DNA of 64,000 bases from Monocercomonoides exilis PA203 (lineage: Eukaryota; Protista; Preaxostyla): the NCBI GenBank assembly GCA_001643675.2, contig LSRY02000011.1, forward strand, positions 434,001-498,000, in the 5' to 3' direction. The notes under the pieces were generated by a model. The model searched no databases and had not been told where the DNA came from. It worked only from the letters and a program-made list of their open reading frames with translations. How positions within the stretch are numbered: position 1 is the stretch's first letter; each line of letters opens with the position of its first letter. Positions 1 to 12,617 of this stretch are shown here, piece by piece. Both the position numbers and the translations under genes were made by a program.

Positions 1-1
1 T

Positions 2-3000
2 GCTTCAATACATGATTCTGAGTCATCTCTTCATGACTCAACTTCCTCTGCTTCTTCTTCACATTCTTCTTCTTCTCCTTCTTCTCCTTCTTCTTCTTCT
101 TCTGATGGCGATGATGTTGTTGATGAAGATAGGCTTTCGCCTCATCTTGGTGAAATGAAACATACATCATCATCATCATCTGGTTCTTCTGCTTCTTCTG
201 CTTCTGCTTCTCACACGGTTGCTATATCATCGTCATCAATATCCTCTTCTTCTTCTTCTTCTTCTTCTCCTTCTCTTTCTCTTTCTTCTTCCTCTCCTTC
301 TTCCTCTCCTTCTCTTTCTTCTTCTTCTCGTCTTTCTCTCTCAAAGCCTCTTTCCCTCTCAACAAAAGCTCCTCCATTTGTTCACAGCAACAGCACCAGC
401 CCTTCACTAGGCACTCCTTCTGCTTCAATTCTATCTCCTTCGCTGTCTTCTTCTGCTTCTTCTCCTTCCATTCCAATGCAGATGAATCCTCCCTCATCTT
501 CATCATCGTCGTCTTCTTCTTCTTCTTCTTCTTCCCCTTCTCTTTCTCTTTCTTCTTCCTCTACTGCTACTTCTTCCTCTTCCTCCTCCTCCTCCTCTTA
601 TGCTGTTCCTTTCCGCACATTCGCCTCAAATGACAACACTTCCTATCCTCAGCCTCATCCAAAGACAGGCATTTATCCTCCTCTCATCCCTCAATCAAAT
701 GCACATATTCAACCTCAGATTCAACATCAGATTCAACCACATTCACAATTACATCCATTGTTGCCACCTGGGCAGCAACCTCAGCCTCAGCTTCATCCTC
801 CTTCTTCATCTTCCTCTTCCTCTTCCTCTTCTTCTCCTTCTCCTTCTCCTTCTCTTTATCCTCACCCTCATCCACAGCCACAGCCACAGCTCATTCCCTT
901 GTCTGCCCATCCTCCTTATCCATACACCAGCCCTTCTCAAACATCTCTAACATCTCAGACGTCTCCTTCTTTCTCTCTGCCTCCTTCCTCTTCCCGCAGC
1001 GTCCCTGTCATCTTGTCACCCAGAGTTCCCAAGACTGGTTTTCCGAACAATCTCTCTCAAAACAACTTGAATAATCTGAACAATCTGAACAATCTGAATA
1101 ATCCTAATCAGCAGCTTCAGCCGCCTCAGCAGCCCCAGCCGTATTCTCCTTCCTCTTTCTCTCCCTCTCTGTCTCTTCAGCCACACGGCATCTCCCTCAG
1201 TGGCAACCCTTCCCCTAAACTTGGCACTCCCACTCTTTCTCCTTCTCTCCTTCTCCGCAACAACAGCAACAGCAGCCTTCATTCCCGTCATCTGCCTTCT
1301 CGTGTCTCTTCTTCCTCTTCCTCCTCCTCCTCCTCTTCTTCTTCTTCTTCTTCCTCTGATTCTCCTTCCTCTTTCTCCCACACACGCACAGGTGCTGCAT
1401 ATGATGAGACCACTCCGTATACTGTCTCCCCTTTCCCCCCTCAGCCTGCTCTGCTTCCTAATCCTCCTCAGCGCTCTACCCCTCTCATCACAAAGGCAAT
1501 CATCGGGGGAACTGTTTCGCCTTTGCCTTCGTCTCCGTCTTATGGATTGTCTTCTGCTGCTTCTTCTGTTTCTTCCTCTTCCTCTTCTGCAACTTCATCT
1601 TCTACTACTTCTACTTCTAATTCATCATCATCATCTTCTTCTTCTTCTTCTTTGAAGCTGCCTTTGCAATCGAATGCTTCGAATTCTCCCTCACTCAATC
1701 CACCCATTCTCTCTGCTTCTTCTCCATTGGCAACTGTTCACAGCACGCCTGGCAGCAGATATCCTATGTTCTCTCCATATCATTCGTCATCTTCATCATC
1801 ATCATCATCTTCTTCTTCTTCTTCTTCTTCTTCTTTATCTCCTTCTTCTCTTTCTACTTTCTCCTCTTCCTCTTCTTCTTCGATGTGGCGAACGGGAGGT
1901 GATCCAAAACGTGCGGTTGCTTCTCTTCATTCAACTATTCCGATTTCATTCAATGCAAACACCAGTTCTTTTTCATCATCCTTTGCTTCTTCTGCCTCCT
2001 CCTCTTTTCGTTCTTCTTCTTCTTCCTCTTCCTCTTCTTCCTCTTCCTCTTCTTCCTCTTCTCCTTCTCCTTCCTCGAATTCATTAGCATCCTATTTGCA
2101 TATCCAGAATATGAATGTGATGAAAGAAAGCGGACTGAGAAAAGATGCAACGCCAGCTGAAGTGAAAGAAGTGAAGGAAGAGAAGGAAGAGAAAAGAGGA
2201 GAAGAAAAGGCAAAAGATGAAGAAACAAAAGAAGAAGAAGGCAAAACTGACAAGACAGCTGCTTCAAATTCAACGAAATCTGTTTCTGAAGGTGAAAAAA
2301 CTCGTTCTTCTTCTTCTTCTTCTTCTTCTTCACACGAAAACAATGCAAACAATACATCCAATACATCCGATATGTCTAATTCCTCTTATGCTCCTCCACG
2401 TAAATTGCCTTCAATCACACTGAGGTTGTCTGAGCCTGCTCCTGCACAGAATCATTCAGATGTTTCTATTTCATCTAATTCTTCAAGTTCTTCTAATTCT
2501 CCTTCTCAATTTCAACAGCAAAACCAGACTTTTCCTATGCAAAATTCACAAAATGCAAATAAAACAACATCGAAATCTGCTTCAAACAGCAAAGAAAATG
2601 AACTTCACACAGAAAACGTGACTTCTGCATCGAATGAGCCTTCTTCAGATAATATTTCAGCTCTCCAACAACAACACCCATCAATACTTGCAGCATCTGC
2701 AAAGTATTCTTCTTCCTCTTCTTCTTCCTCTTCCTCTTCCTCTTCCTCTTCCTCTTCTTCTGCTTTGATGACTCAACCTCATTCACAAACAAATCAACAA
2801 TCGCTTTCTGCATCTGCATCTCCATTTTCTCCTTCTTCTCCTTCATCATCAACTTCTTCTGAGACGGCATTTTCATCTCCATCATCATCTTCTTCTTCCT
2901 CTTCCTCTTCATCTTCATCTTCATCTTCATCTTCATCTCATCACAATTCATTTCATCCACAAAATTCTCCATCTCAACATCCTCCAAGCATACTCTCTAA

Positions 3001-3145
3001 ATCTTCTTCAATGAATACCCCACCATCTTCTCACACACAGACTGCATCTCAACCTACTTCTATTGCTTCCTCCTCCTCCTCCTCTTCTTCTTCTTCTTCT
3101 TCTCCCTCTTCTCATCCCTCCATTGTCAATTCAGATCCTTCTTGA
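2..3145 (+). CDS. Ser/Pro-rich low-complexity hypothetical protein, 5'-truncated by the window edge
   Basis: The frame of ORF 155..3145 is open back to position 2. It is dominated by TCT/TCC/TCA poly-Ser tracts, with no recognisable domain. Confidence 0.75.
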   Translation, partial: ASIHDSESSLHDSTSSASSSHSSSSPSSPSSSSSDGDDVVDEDRLSPHLGEMKHTSSSSSGSSASSASASHTVAISSSSISSSSSSSSSPSLSLSSSSPSSSPSLSSSSRLSLSKPLSLSTKAPPFVHSNSTSPSLGTPSASILSPSLSSSASSPSIPMQMNPPSSSSSSSSSSSSSSPSLSLSSSSTATSSSSSSSSSYAVPFRTFASNDNTSYPQPHPKTGIYPPLIPQSNAHIQPQIQHQIQPHSQLHPLLPPGQQPQPQLHPPSSSSSSSSSSSPSPSPSLYPHPHPQPQPQLIPLSAHPPYPYTSPSQTSLTSQTSPSFSLPPSSSRSVPVILSPRVPKTGFPNNLSQNNLNNLNNLNNLNNPNQQLQPPQQPQPYSPSSFSPSLSLQPHGISLSGNPSPKLGTPTLSPSLLLRNNSNSSLHSRHLPSRVSSSSSSSSSSSSSSSSSDSPSSFSHTRTGAAYDETTPYTVSPFPPQPALLPNPPQRSTPLITKAIIGGTVSPLPSSPSYGLSSAASSVSSSSSSATSSSTTSTSNSSSSSSSSSSLKLPLQSNASNSPSLNPPILSASSPLATVHSTPGSRYPMFSPYHSSSSSSSSSSSSSSSSSLSPSSLSTFSSSSSSSMWRTGGDPKRAVASLHSTIPISFNANTSSFSSSFASSASSSFRSSSSSSSSSSSSSSSSSPSPSSNSLASYLHIQNMNVMKESGLRKDATPAEVKEVKEEKEEKRGEEKAKDEETKEEEGKTDKTAASNSTKSVSEGEKTRSSSSSSSSSHENNANNTSNTSDMSNSSYAPPRKLPSITLRLSEPAPAQNHSDVSISSNSSSSSNSPSQFQQQNQTFPMQNSQNANKTTSKSASNSKENELHTENVTSASNEPSSDNISALQQQHPSILAASAKYSSSSSSSSSSSSSSSSSSALMTQPHSQTNQQSLSASASPFSPSSPSSSTSSETAFSSPSSSSSSSSSSSSSSSSSSSHHNSFHPQNSPSQHPPSILSKSSSMNTPPSSHTQTASQPTSIASSSSSSSSSSSSPSSHPSIVNSDPS

Positions 3146-3279
3146 TTGTTTTTTTCCGCCACTTCTCTGATATTCTTCGTGTACTTATCCATTTCCCGTG
3201 ATGGCTGCTCATGCCATCTTTCCTCTCATTTTCCTGTATGTATTTCACATTCAGAACCCCATCGCTGTACGCAATTACG

Positions 3280-3310
<31 letters not shown>

Positions 3311-3899
3311 ATTTAGTATTATTATCATTATCATTAATATTATTATAACTGGCACAGTTGATTGCGTCTACACACAGACATTTTGTCGTTCATCGGAATT
3401 TCAATTTAAATAAATAAATAAAAATATTTATAATGTTTGGTTGTTATGGAATGATATAGGTATGTTTCAATGAATCATTCCATCCACGTCTGACAAATGG
3501 GGCTGTTATACTCATCATTGTGGAGCAAAAGATAGAATGAAGAACGATGCATCCAGATCCAATGATGCGCTGGTGCGATCGGATCATTCTGCCATGCCTC
3601 TTCAAAATTTTAAAAAATAAAAAATATTAAACATTTTAACAAAAAAGAAAGAAAGAAAGAAAGAAAGAAAAAGAAAAAGAAAATACTAATTTGACATATA
3701 AAAAACAAATCAAAAAATATTGTTTTTAATATAACAAATATTGTAAACAAGAAATAAGAACCACATGTTTCTTTTTTGATTTTATTTTTTTGAGGTCAAT
3801 ATACTAAAAATTTTGTTATTAAAACTGAAAAATATGTGTGAAAGCCCATTCAATTAAAGTCACATTTCTCAAATGATGGTTAGTTTTTTCAGATCAAAC

Positions 3900-5867
<1,968 letters not shown>

Positions 5868-6190
5868 AACGGAGGAACTTTTATGGACCCCCTTGTTTTC
5901 TTTTGTTTTAATTTTAATTTTGTGTGTGTTTGTGTGTGAGTAAAAAAATAATAATAATTCTTGTTAATGGATAATATTTTTTTTAGTGAGTAATTTTTTT
6001 GATTTGACTTTAAAATCCTATTTGAATAATTGATGCAAAAAATAATAACAATGTGTTATTTTACAAAGAAATAAATTGGAATTCGTAAAAAATAAAAATA
6101 AAAGCTTAATAAGGATAAAATGAAACGTTTTTTACAATAAACCAGAATAAAAACTGTTCTCAAAAATTGTGATTCAAATTGAAACGAAAA

Positions 6191-7021
6191 TTACCCGCTT
6201 GCACGAACAGCGGCAAGACGCTTTTCCAAGGGGTCTTCTTCACTGGTCTCTGATCCAGGGGAAACAAGCTGAAAAAAAGTTAAAAAAAGAGTCATTTTTT
6301 CCATTTTCACATCCATTAGTATGGTTTGAACAAAAAAGCAAACCGATTTTGTTGGTGCTTTATCAAATGATCCATCAAGGATTGATTCAACCACTTTTTC
6401 AACTTCTGCGTCAGCTTCTTCATCGAGATCTTCGTCCATGTCATCCATTGTTTCATTAACCATTTCCTCAACAATTCCAGCCTAAAAAATAACAAATCCA
6501 GATCTCTTACAAGAAAAGAAGAAAAATATATTTCAAACTTTCATCATTTCTCTTGACAGTTCTTGCATTGTCTTGAAAAGATAACAAATGAAACACAAAT
6601 AAATGTTATAATAATTTATTCAAACAGATTGTAATTCTGGAAGTTTGCAGCATGCATTCATGTGCTTTAAAATATCTCCAGCACTCTGCATGGCCTTCGT
6701 TGTTCTTATCAATGCGTATTGATGTTCAAGCTCTGAAGTTATTGAATCCAAATGTGCGGAAGCTGTGTACAATCTTTCCATTGCTTTTTTACTTGTAACA
6801 ATTTCTTTCGCAAGTGTTTTTGCGTTTGTCTGATCTCCTCTTTTTAAACATTCTTCGACTTCTTTCTTTGTTTTAAGAACAGCTCCGTCAATCCCTCGAA
6901 TTTGCTTATCTATATCTCTTTGAGATCTACGAATAGTTCGCTTCCATGCGCGTATTGTATCTTTTGGATCGTTTCCAACAGTTGTTGTTGGTTGAGAGGG
7001 TGAAGTTTGCTCATTTCCCAT
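6191..7021 (-). CDS. VPS24: ESCRT-III subunit Vps24/CHMP3 (Snf7 family), 214 aa; exons 7021-6626, 6571-6539, 6481-6344, 6268-6191
   Basis: PKDTIRAWKRTIRRSQRDIDKQIR...AKTLAKEIV...LYTASAHLDS...KLPELQS|TMQELSREMMK|AGIVEEMVNETM...LEKRLAAVR matches the CHMP3 pattern. Three phase-0 GTTTG..AG introns keep the frame. Confidence 0.9.
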
Positions 7022-7399
7022 CTTCAATTGAATTTCTATCAATAATTTTTCAATATGGTATCGAAATGATATAAAACATCAAATGCTTTCACTGATTCGA
7101 AGAAATAAACAATATACAATTTAACAATAAAACATACGCAAAAAAACAAATAATTTATTGATAAGTTATTTATAAAATTTTCGATCAAAAACATTATAAT
7201 TTGTATCATTTATTGAACAGTGTTCATTTGTGTAAATATCTTCAATGTGGTATGAAATTTTTAAATACTATATTTTGTATATACGCATAATGTTTTATGA
7301 TTATTGCTATTTTAAGTTGGAAATGCTTGCGTTTGTTCAACGAAATCTTTTTTCCAATTTTACATTGAACATTCTTTTTAAATAGAAACTGAAAAGATT

Positions 7400-9154
7400 A
7401 TGAAGCCATCTGTTAGTGTTGTTTGCCGTACATTTTTCATTCAGTTGGCTGTGTGGCCTCTGGTCTTCGTTCCATTGATTGTAATTTGGAGTGATAATAC
7501 ATACGATCCATACGGATGCGATCTTGATAAATATCGTCATCATAAACTTGACAGGCACACACTGATGCCAGGCGAATCAATAATGATCGAGTATTCTCTT
7601 GAAAAAGTTTTAATGGTTTGACTCATAAGTGTTTAATTTTTGCATTGATATACTTTTTTTTAATTAAGATGAGAAGCATTGGACATCAAAAGATTGGTTT
7701 TTCAAAAGGAATTACACAAGAACGTTGCCTTCGATATGGGGAATTTGAATCTATTCCATTAACATCAGTTCCAGGTTGAAGATCTTGCTTGTTTTTCACC
7801 ATTATAAAGAATAATTTTTTTCTTTGCTTTTTTATCCTTGTCTTTAGCGTATATTTATAAACAAATAAACGGTTTGACAATTGTTTCAGCAAAAATATAC
7901 GACATGGATTCATTCGAACAGCAGCTTCCTAATTATTCGAATGATGTGAAATTTACGATATGCATGCAAAAAAGTCAAAACGAGAAAAATACGGAAACTG
8001 GAGCACACGACCAATCAAATATGACTTGTGATAAATCTTTTAAGATTAGTTTTACTGATCCTTACAAAAATAATTTTTACCTGCCAGACTTTGAACAGCG
8101 CCAATTTTCTTGGGATGGATCACTAGAGATAATTTCTGATAAACGTCTTTCTTTTTCAAATTATACTGTCATTTTTGATGTAGCACAAAATATTAAATTG
8201 CCTTATAATCTTTATTTGGTACTTACAAAAGGTGGCATGCTTAAGCGTGAGCCTATTCCAACTGACAACCTTGATGTCAATGAAGAGCTCAAATCGACTG
8301 CTGCATTGTCCCAAAAAAGAGAGCATAAAACGAAAATAGAATCAAATTATGAAATGAATACAGAGCAATCCACTGAAGATCTCTTTGATTTGCAGCACAT
8401 TGCAAGAAGTTCTTCATATTATGCTGATTCAGAAGATTACTATTTGTCAATGAATGTAACTCCTGAAGCCAATGATGATGTATACACTGATTTAACTAGA
8501 GACTTGTTAAAAAGCCTGACAAATAGCACGAATCCTGAAGGAATGTTCACTTTTACCTGTGATGCTTCGAATGATAACAATTGCACGTTGTATGTTGTTG
8601 GAGCAGAAACAATCGTTCAAGAAATTGCATGTGCATACAGCTATCACAAATCAGGCGTATCTGTCACTTTGTGCATTATTTTCCATCTTTTGGGAGGATC
8701 GATTTTATTTGTGTTTTTAGTGTGTGCTCCTCAAATTTTCTTCGGGTGTTGCTGTTATCCTTGCTGTCGTAGCCATTTAAAGAAAAATTCTGAAACTTCC
8801 CGTACTTATGAAGAAGGAAAAGATGACTTCGATGTGTCTGTACCAAATGAACAAGAATTGCATCCTCTCAACAATCAGAGCGTTCAACAACCTGTTTCGA
8901 ATGCTGTTTTATATCCCACAGGAACGGCTTTGCCTTCACAGTACATAACACAAGTTGTTTATCCACAGCAATTGCAGCATCAACAGCAGGCACTTCAATT
9001 GAATGTTGCACCAATGCCACCATTGTCACTCCCTCCACAGACTTCTAATCAAGAAGGAGTAGCTCAGAATTTTTCAGCCCAATATCCTCAGTCTCAATAT
9101 GTCATTCCTTCTCAGCAGCTGTTAATTATTCCTGCACCTATTTCAATTATGTAA
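7400..9154 (+). CDS. Hypothetical membrane protein (N-terminal TM, lumenal domain, second TM, Cys cluster, Gln/Pro-rich tail), 2 introns
   Basis: ORFs 7400.. and 7838.. join through GT-AG introns (~7616-7668 and ~7775-7847) around a middle exon MRSIGHQKIGF... Hydrophobic segments are FFIQLAVWPLVFVPLIVIW and VSVTLCIIFHLLGGSILFVFLV, the second followed by CCCYPCC. Confidence 0.75.
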
Positions 9155-9694
9155 AGTGTTAATATTTTGATATTATGAATGTGAAATATTTTGATTTTTG
9201 ATTTAGCTTCAGTTTTTGTTTTAATTCTGATTCTGGTAAAAATTTTGATTTTGATTTTGATTTTGATTTTTGTTGAGTATTCATAATTTTGTAAATTGTT
9301 TTATATTACAATATATTATTATTAGTATTTCTTTTCCCGTTTCTGCACACTTTTTTAATCCATATTTTTTGATTTGTTTTTATAAAGGAATTTTTTTTTT
9401 ATAATCTTATAAATGGAGTATTTGTTAAGAGTCAAAATAAGATTTTTTTTTTAAATTTAAGCACGAAAATGACATGTTCAATGAACAAAAGTAATGGTTT
9501 ATATTTTTGCAATAAAAAAAATTTTTTTTGGAATATCTGAAAAGATCGAAAAATGAACTTCAAAGTTGGATATTTCCTTTTTTGAGAGTTGACTGGCTGC
9601 TTTCGAGTTATTTTACAAGATAACAATTTTTTTGAGTTTCTGATATTTCTGATATTAAAGAAATGATCATTTGAGTAGAAAATAGATAACATAT

Positions 9695-9947
9695 GTGAAA
9701 TTATTATTGAAATCATAACTTTTTTTAGTGTGTTGAATTTTTTAATCTCTTTCGAACATGGCCAGAAAACTATCATTTGCACACTTTTTGTATTCCAATT
9801 GTGACAAAATCAAATGTTTGAAATCATTTATGAAAAATTTTTTGTCGACCGTGAGATGACTTTACGATGTTCACCAAGAAAACACAAAACAAATTATCTT
9901 ATCGAGAATTTTGACAGAAAGAAATATTGCATCAACAATCATCACCC
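9695..9947. mobile_element. Degenerate MITE, family A (253 bp)
   Basis: Left end GTGAAATTATTATTGAAATCATAAC and right end ...CAATCATCACCC align with the copy at 13498-13755. Flanks are ATAT/ATTT. Confidence 0.65.
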
Positions 9948-9995
9948 ATTTAGCAAACCAACAGAATTTTTGATTTCAATTATCATCAACCATAT

Positions 9996-10252
9996 GTGTG
10001 ATTATTTTTGAAATCATATAACATCAATCTGATATTTCGATTCAAAAATTTGTTTCGAAAGTTAATAATGTGCGCTGAAACGGAATAATGCAATTTTGTA
10101 GATATTTTTTTTCTATCATATATCTCAGGCATTGGCTTATGGAACAATAATTTTTATTTTTTCATTTGTTTTAATAGATTTATTACTGAAAACATTGGAT
10201 GGCTTTATTATAAACACCCCGATAAAAGATTGGATTTTTGAAATAATCTACC
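9996..10252. mobile_element. Degenerate MITE, family A (257 bp), opposite orientation to 9695-9947
   Basis: GTGTGATTATTTTTGAAATCATA ... AAACACCCCGATAAAAGATTGGATTTTTGAAATAATCTACC matches the ends of 41058-41312. Flanks are ATAT/ATGT. Confidence 0.65.
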
Positions 10253-10685
10253 ATGTGTATCAAAAAATAAGTGAAAAATAATCTAAATTATAACAATTTT
10301 TCTCTCCAAATAGGGTGGTTTTTTTATCCGGATATTTTTTTCTATGGGAATGAAAAAATAAAAAATTTTTTATTTCACTGTAGCGTGTTTGTTTTTTAAA
10401 AAAAAGTTCACTAGTAATAAATATAATCAATCAACTCTCTCTTGATTATTTTTCTGGAATTTTCTTGCTTTCTTTCATTTCCAGAATAATCATCAAAAAA
10501 GACTTTATTCGTGGGCTTTTTCTTTTCTTTTGTTTTTCATTCTCAAACAATTTTTTTACCACAGTTTTTTCATTATCATCATTCCTTATCTTCTCTTCTT
10601 TTATTTTCTTTTGATTTCTCCATTCATCCAAAAAATCCTGGTAGGTTATAATTTTCCCTTAAAAATCAAATCTGTGTTTCTTTTT

Positions 10686-11973
10686 CTAAAATGAAACAGA
10701 AGGCTCATCAGGCAATGTTGAAAAAATAGCTTTCCATTCACTTGATATCACTCCACTTTTGACAAACGAAGAAACAATTGTTTCAGGCAATAATGCCGTT
10801 TGCAGAGGCTGAGGAAGAGCATCTGCAATTGCTTTAATTCGATAAAAAAATAGATGAAGAAGAAGGAACGAAATTTTTTGTGTTATAACATTTTTTGAAG
10901 ACAGCAAATACTCCGCGGGAGAGAAGTTGAGTGAGGTGTGTGCTGTGTGGGACGAAAGTTACCACATCAATGAAGGCATCAGAGATATTTTGGCAAATAT
11001 CTAGCTGTGCTCTTGATGGATGAGGGTCCTTCTAAAGAAGGCATCTTTCATCATTATTATTCAAAAGAGTTCGTCTTTCCACAATTCCTGGAAGGAGAAC
11101 ATCTTCTGCAAATTTTTTGAATAACACTTCGGTCTTCCAGCCATCGTTGTCTTCCCAAATATTTATTGTTGAACTGAACATCACACGCAGTTAGGCTGGA
11201 ATCTTCTTTGAAGGTTATAAAACGATGCCTTTCAAAGAATAACCGTCTGCAGCAGCTGCAACGCACAATGTGGCGTTTGGCATGTTCATTAGCGTTTTGT
11301 TGAATCCAGTTGGTGAATCTGAAGGATGCACAACAAGCTTAAAAGTGGAAACTGAGAGGTGGAATGGTAAATTCGTCGGTATTGAGAATCAACGAAGAAG
11401 AATACTTGTTCATCTTATGAAGATGTCGAAGAAGTTCATAAATAGGTCTGAAAAGACTGTTTATTTGAAACAGGCAATCATTGAACGAAGACGTTTCGTG
11501 GAAGAAATACTTTGAGGTGTGGATTCCTTTTAATGAATGAGAAGAGTGAAAACTTTGAAATTTCTGTTTCTTCTTCTTCTTCTTCAAGAAAAATTTTTTT
11601 CTGTAAGAAATGACAAATTTTATCTGAAAAAAGATAAAAATAAAAATAAATTTGTTAATGATAAAATGCGAACTAATTGTTTCATTTGAGAAACAGAAAT
11701 GCTCACTCCACTTGAACTTTCGCAGCGAATAACATCCTCTACTGTCTATTTATCTTCATCTGTGAGCAACTTTGGGTGAACTATTTTCCCGACTTTTCTT
11801 TTGTTTTCCAAAGCTGTAATTGCTCTGTTAATGGCTGAACGGCTGAATTCATGTGGATTCGCTGTATCCACTGTCCTTTCTATTCCATCAACAACACTGC
11901 GCGCAATGCGTTCTAATCGATTTTCAATTTGCCGATAACCAAATGATATCATTTGATTTCTAATGTTTAACAA
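10686..11973 (-). pseudogene. Decayed pogo/Tc1-mariner DDE_1 transposase
   Basis: Across stops and frameshifts it reads FIKRNPHL...KYSSSLILNTDE...ATLCVAAAADGYS...DGWKTEVLFKKF...ERCLL*KDPHPSR...IDVVTFVPHSTHLTQLLSRGVFAVFKK. This is the N-x-DE / ADG / GW / D-x-H-x-S / PHSTH-x-QPLD order of pogo DDE_1. The third catalytic Asp is lost. Confidence 0.85.
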
Positions 11974-12105
11974 TCCTTGTTCTGTTTTTTTTTTTCACAA
12001 CACTCATAACAAATAAATTCTGGTAATGATCTTTTTTTTTATTAAAAAATTTTTCTGTAATGAAAAAAATCCAAACATTTTTTTTCTTTTTTACAAGCCC
12101 CGTTG

Positions 12106-12202
12106 CTATTTCCTAATCTCCTCAGGGGAGGGACAAATCAGAGATGGAGGAGCAACACCCCCCCCCCCCCCCCCCCCCCCCCCCATCAGAGATTAGGAAT
12201 AG
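12106..12202. repeat. Short inverted-repeat element enclosing a 27-nt poly-C tract
   Basis: Left arm CTATTTCCTAATCTCCTCAGGGG vs reverse complement of the right arm CTATTCCTAATCTCTGATGGGG. The C run spans 12158-12184. Confidence 0.7.
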
Positions 12203-12617
12203 TAATTTAATCAAGAATTTCAGTCATTGATTTTTCCTTATATACTGAAAACAATATAAAAAATATAAAAAGTGAGAAGAAACAATTCATAATTAAAATT
12301 TTTGTCCGGATTAAAAAATGTTTGAATTTTAACACACTTGACGCAATTAAAAGAATTATGAGATATAAATATATTTTGTAATTCAAATTTTAAGTTCCAA
12401 TAAAAATAGATAAAATATGTCTAAATTTTTTTGAAAAGTTCCTTTTGTTTAATTTTCATGTGAAAATGAAATTTTAATGTTTTCATTAAAATTTTATTCC
12501 GACTCACCAACTTTCACCAGAATGAAAATATTATCATTTCTGAGAATTTGTTTTCATGACAACGAATTTTGGAAAGTGGGAACATATATTTTATTGAAAT
12601 ATGAAATTTTATTGTTG

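Noticed and set aside
219-2987. Many overlapping poly-Leu, poly-Lys/Glu and poly-Arg ORFs here and antisense to the large genes
   Set aside because: They are shadow frames of TCT/GAA trinucleotide tracts within real CDSs.
3535-3592. SECIS-like hairpin (ATGAA...GGAT) downstream of a TGA
   Set aside because: There is no unpaired AA at the expected distance from the core, helix II is poor, and the TGA context does not resemble a selenoprotein.
9695-10252. CRISPR-like array suggested by recurring ~22-bp motifs at regular spacing
   Set aside because: The motifs alternate in orientation, are ~250 bp apart and have TSDs, so they are MITE ends. The DNA is eukaryotic and no cas genes are present.
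11030-11220. In-frame TAA/TAG in the transposase as evidence for a TAR=Gln genetic code
   Set aside because: Conserved genes in the window end in TAA/TAG (Vps24, DPM3, PMP3) and long ORFs lack internal TAR. The transposase also has frameshifts, so it is simply decayed.
10686-11266. Cys-rich ORFs (CSCC...CRRC) suggesting a Helitron or zinc-finger protein
   Set aside because: A different frame of the same DNA carries clear pogo DDE_1 motifs, so the Cys pattern is off-frame noise.
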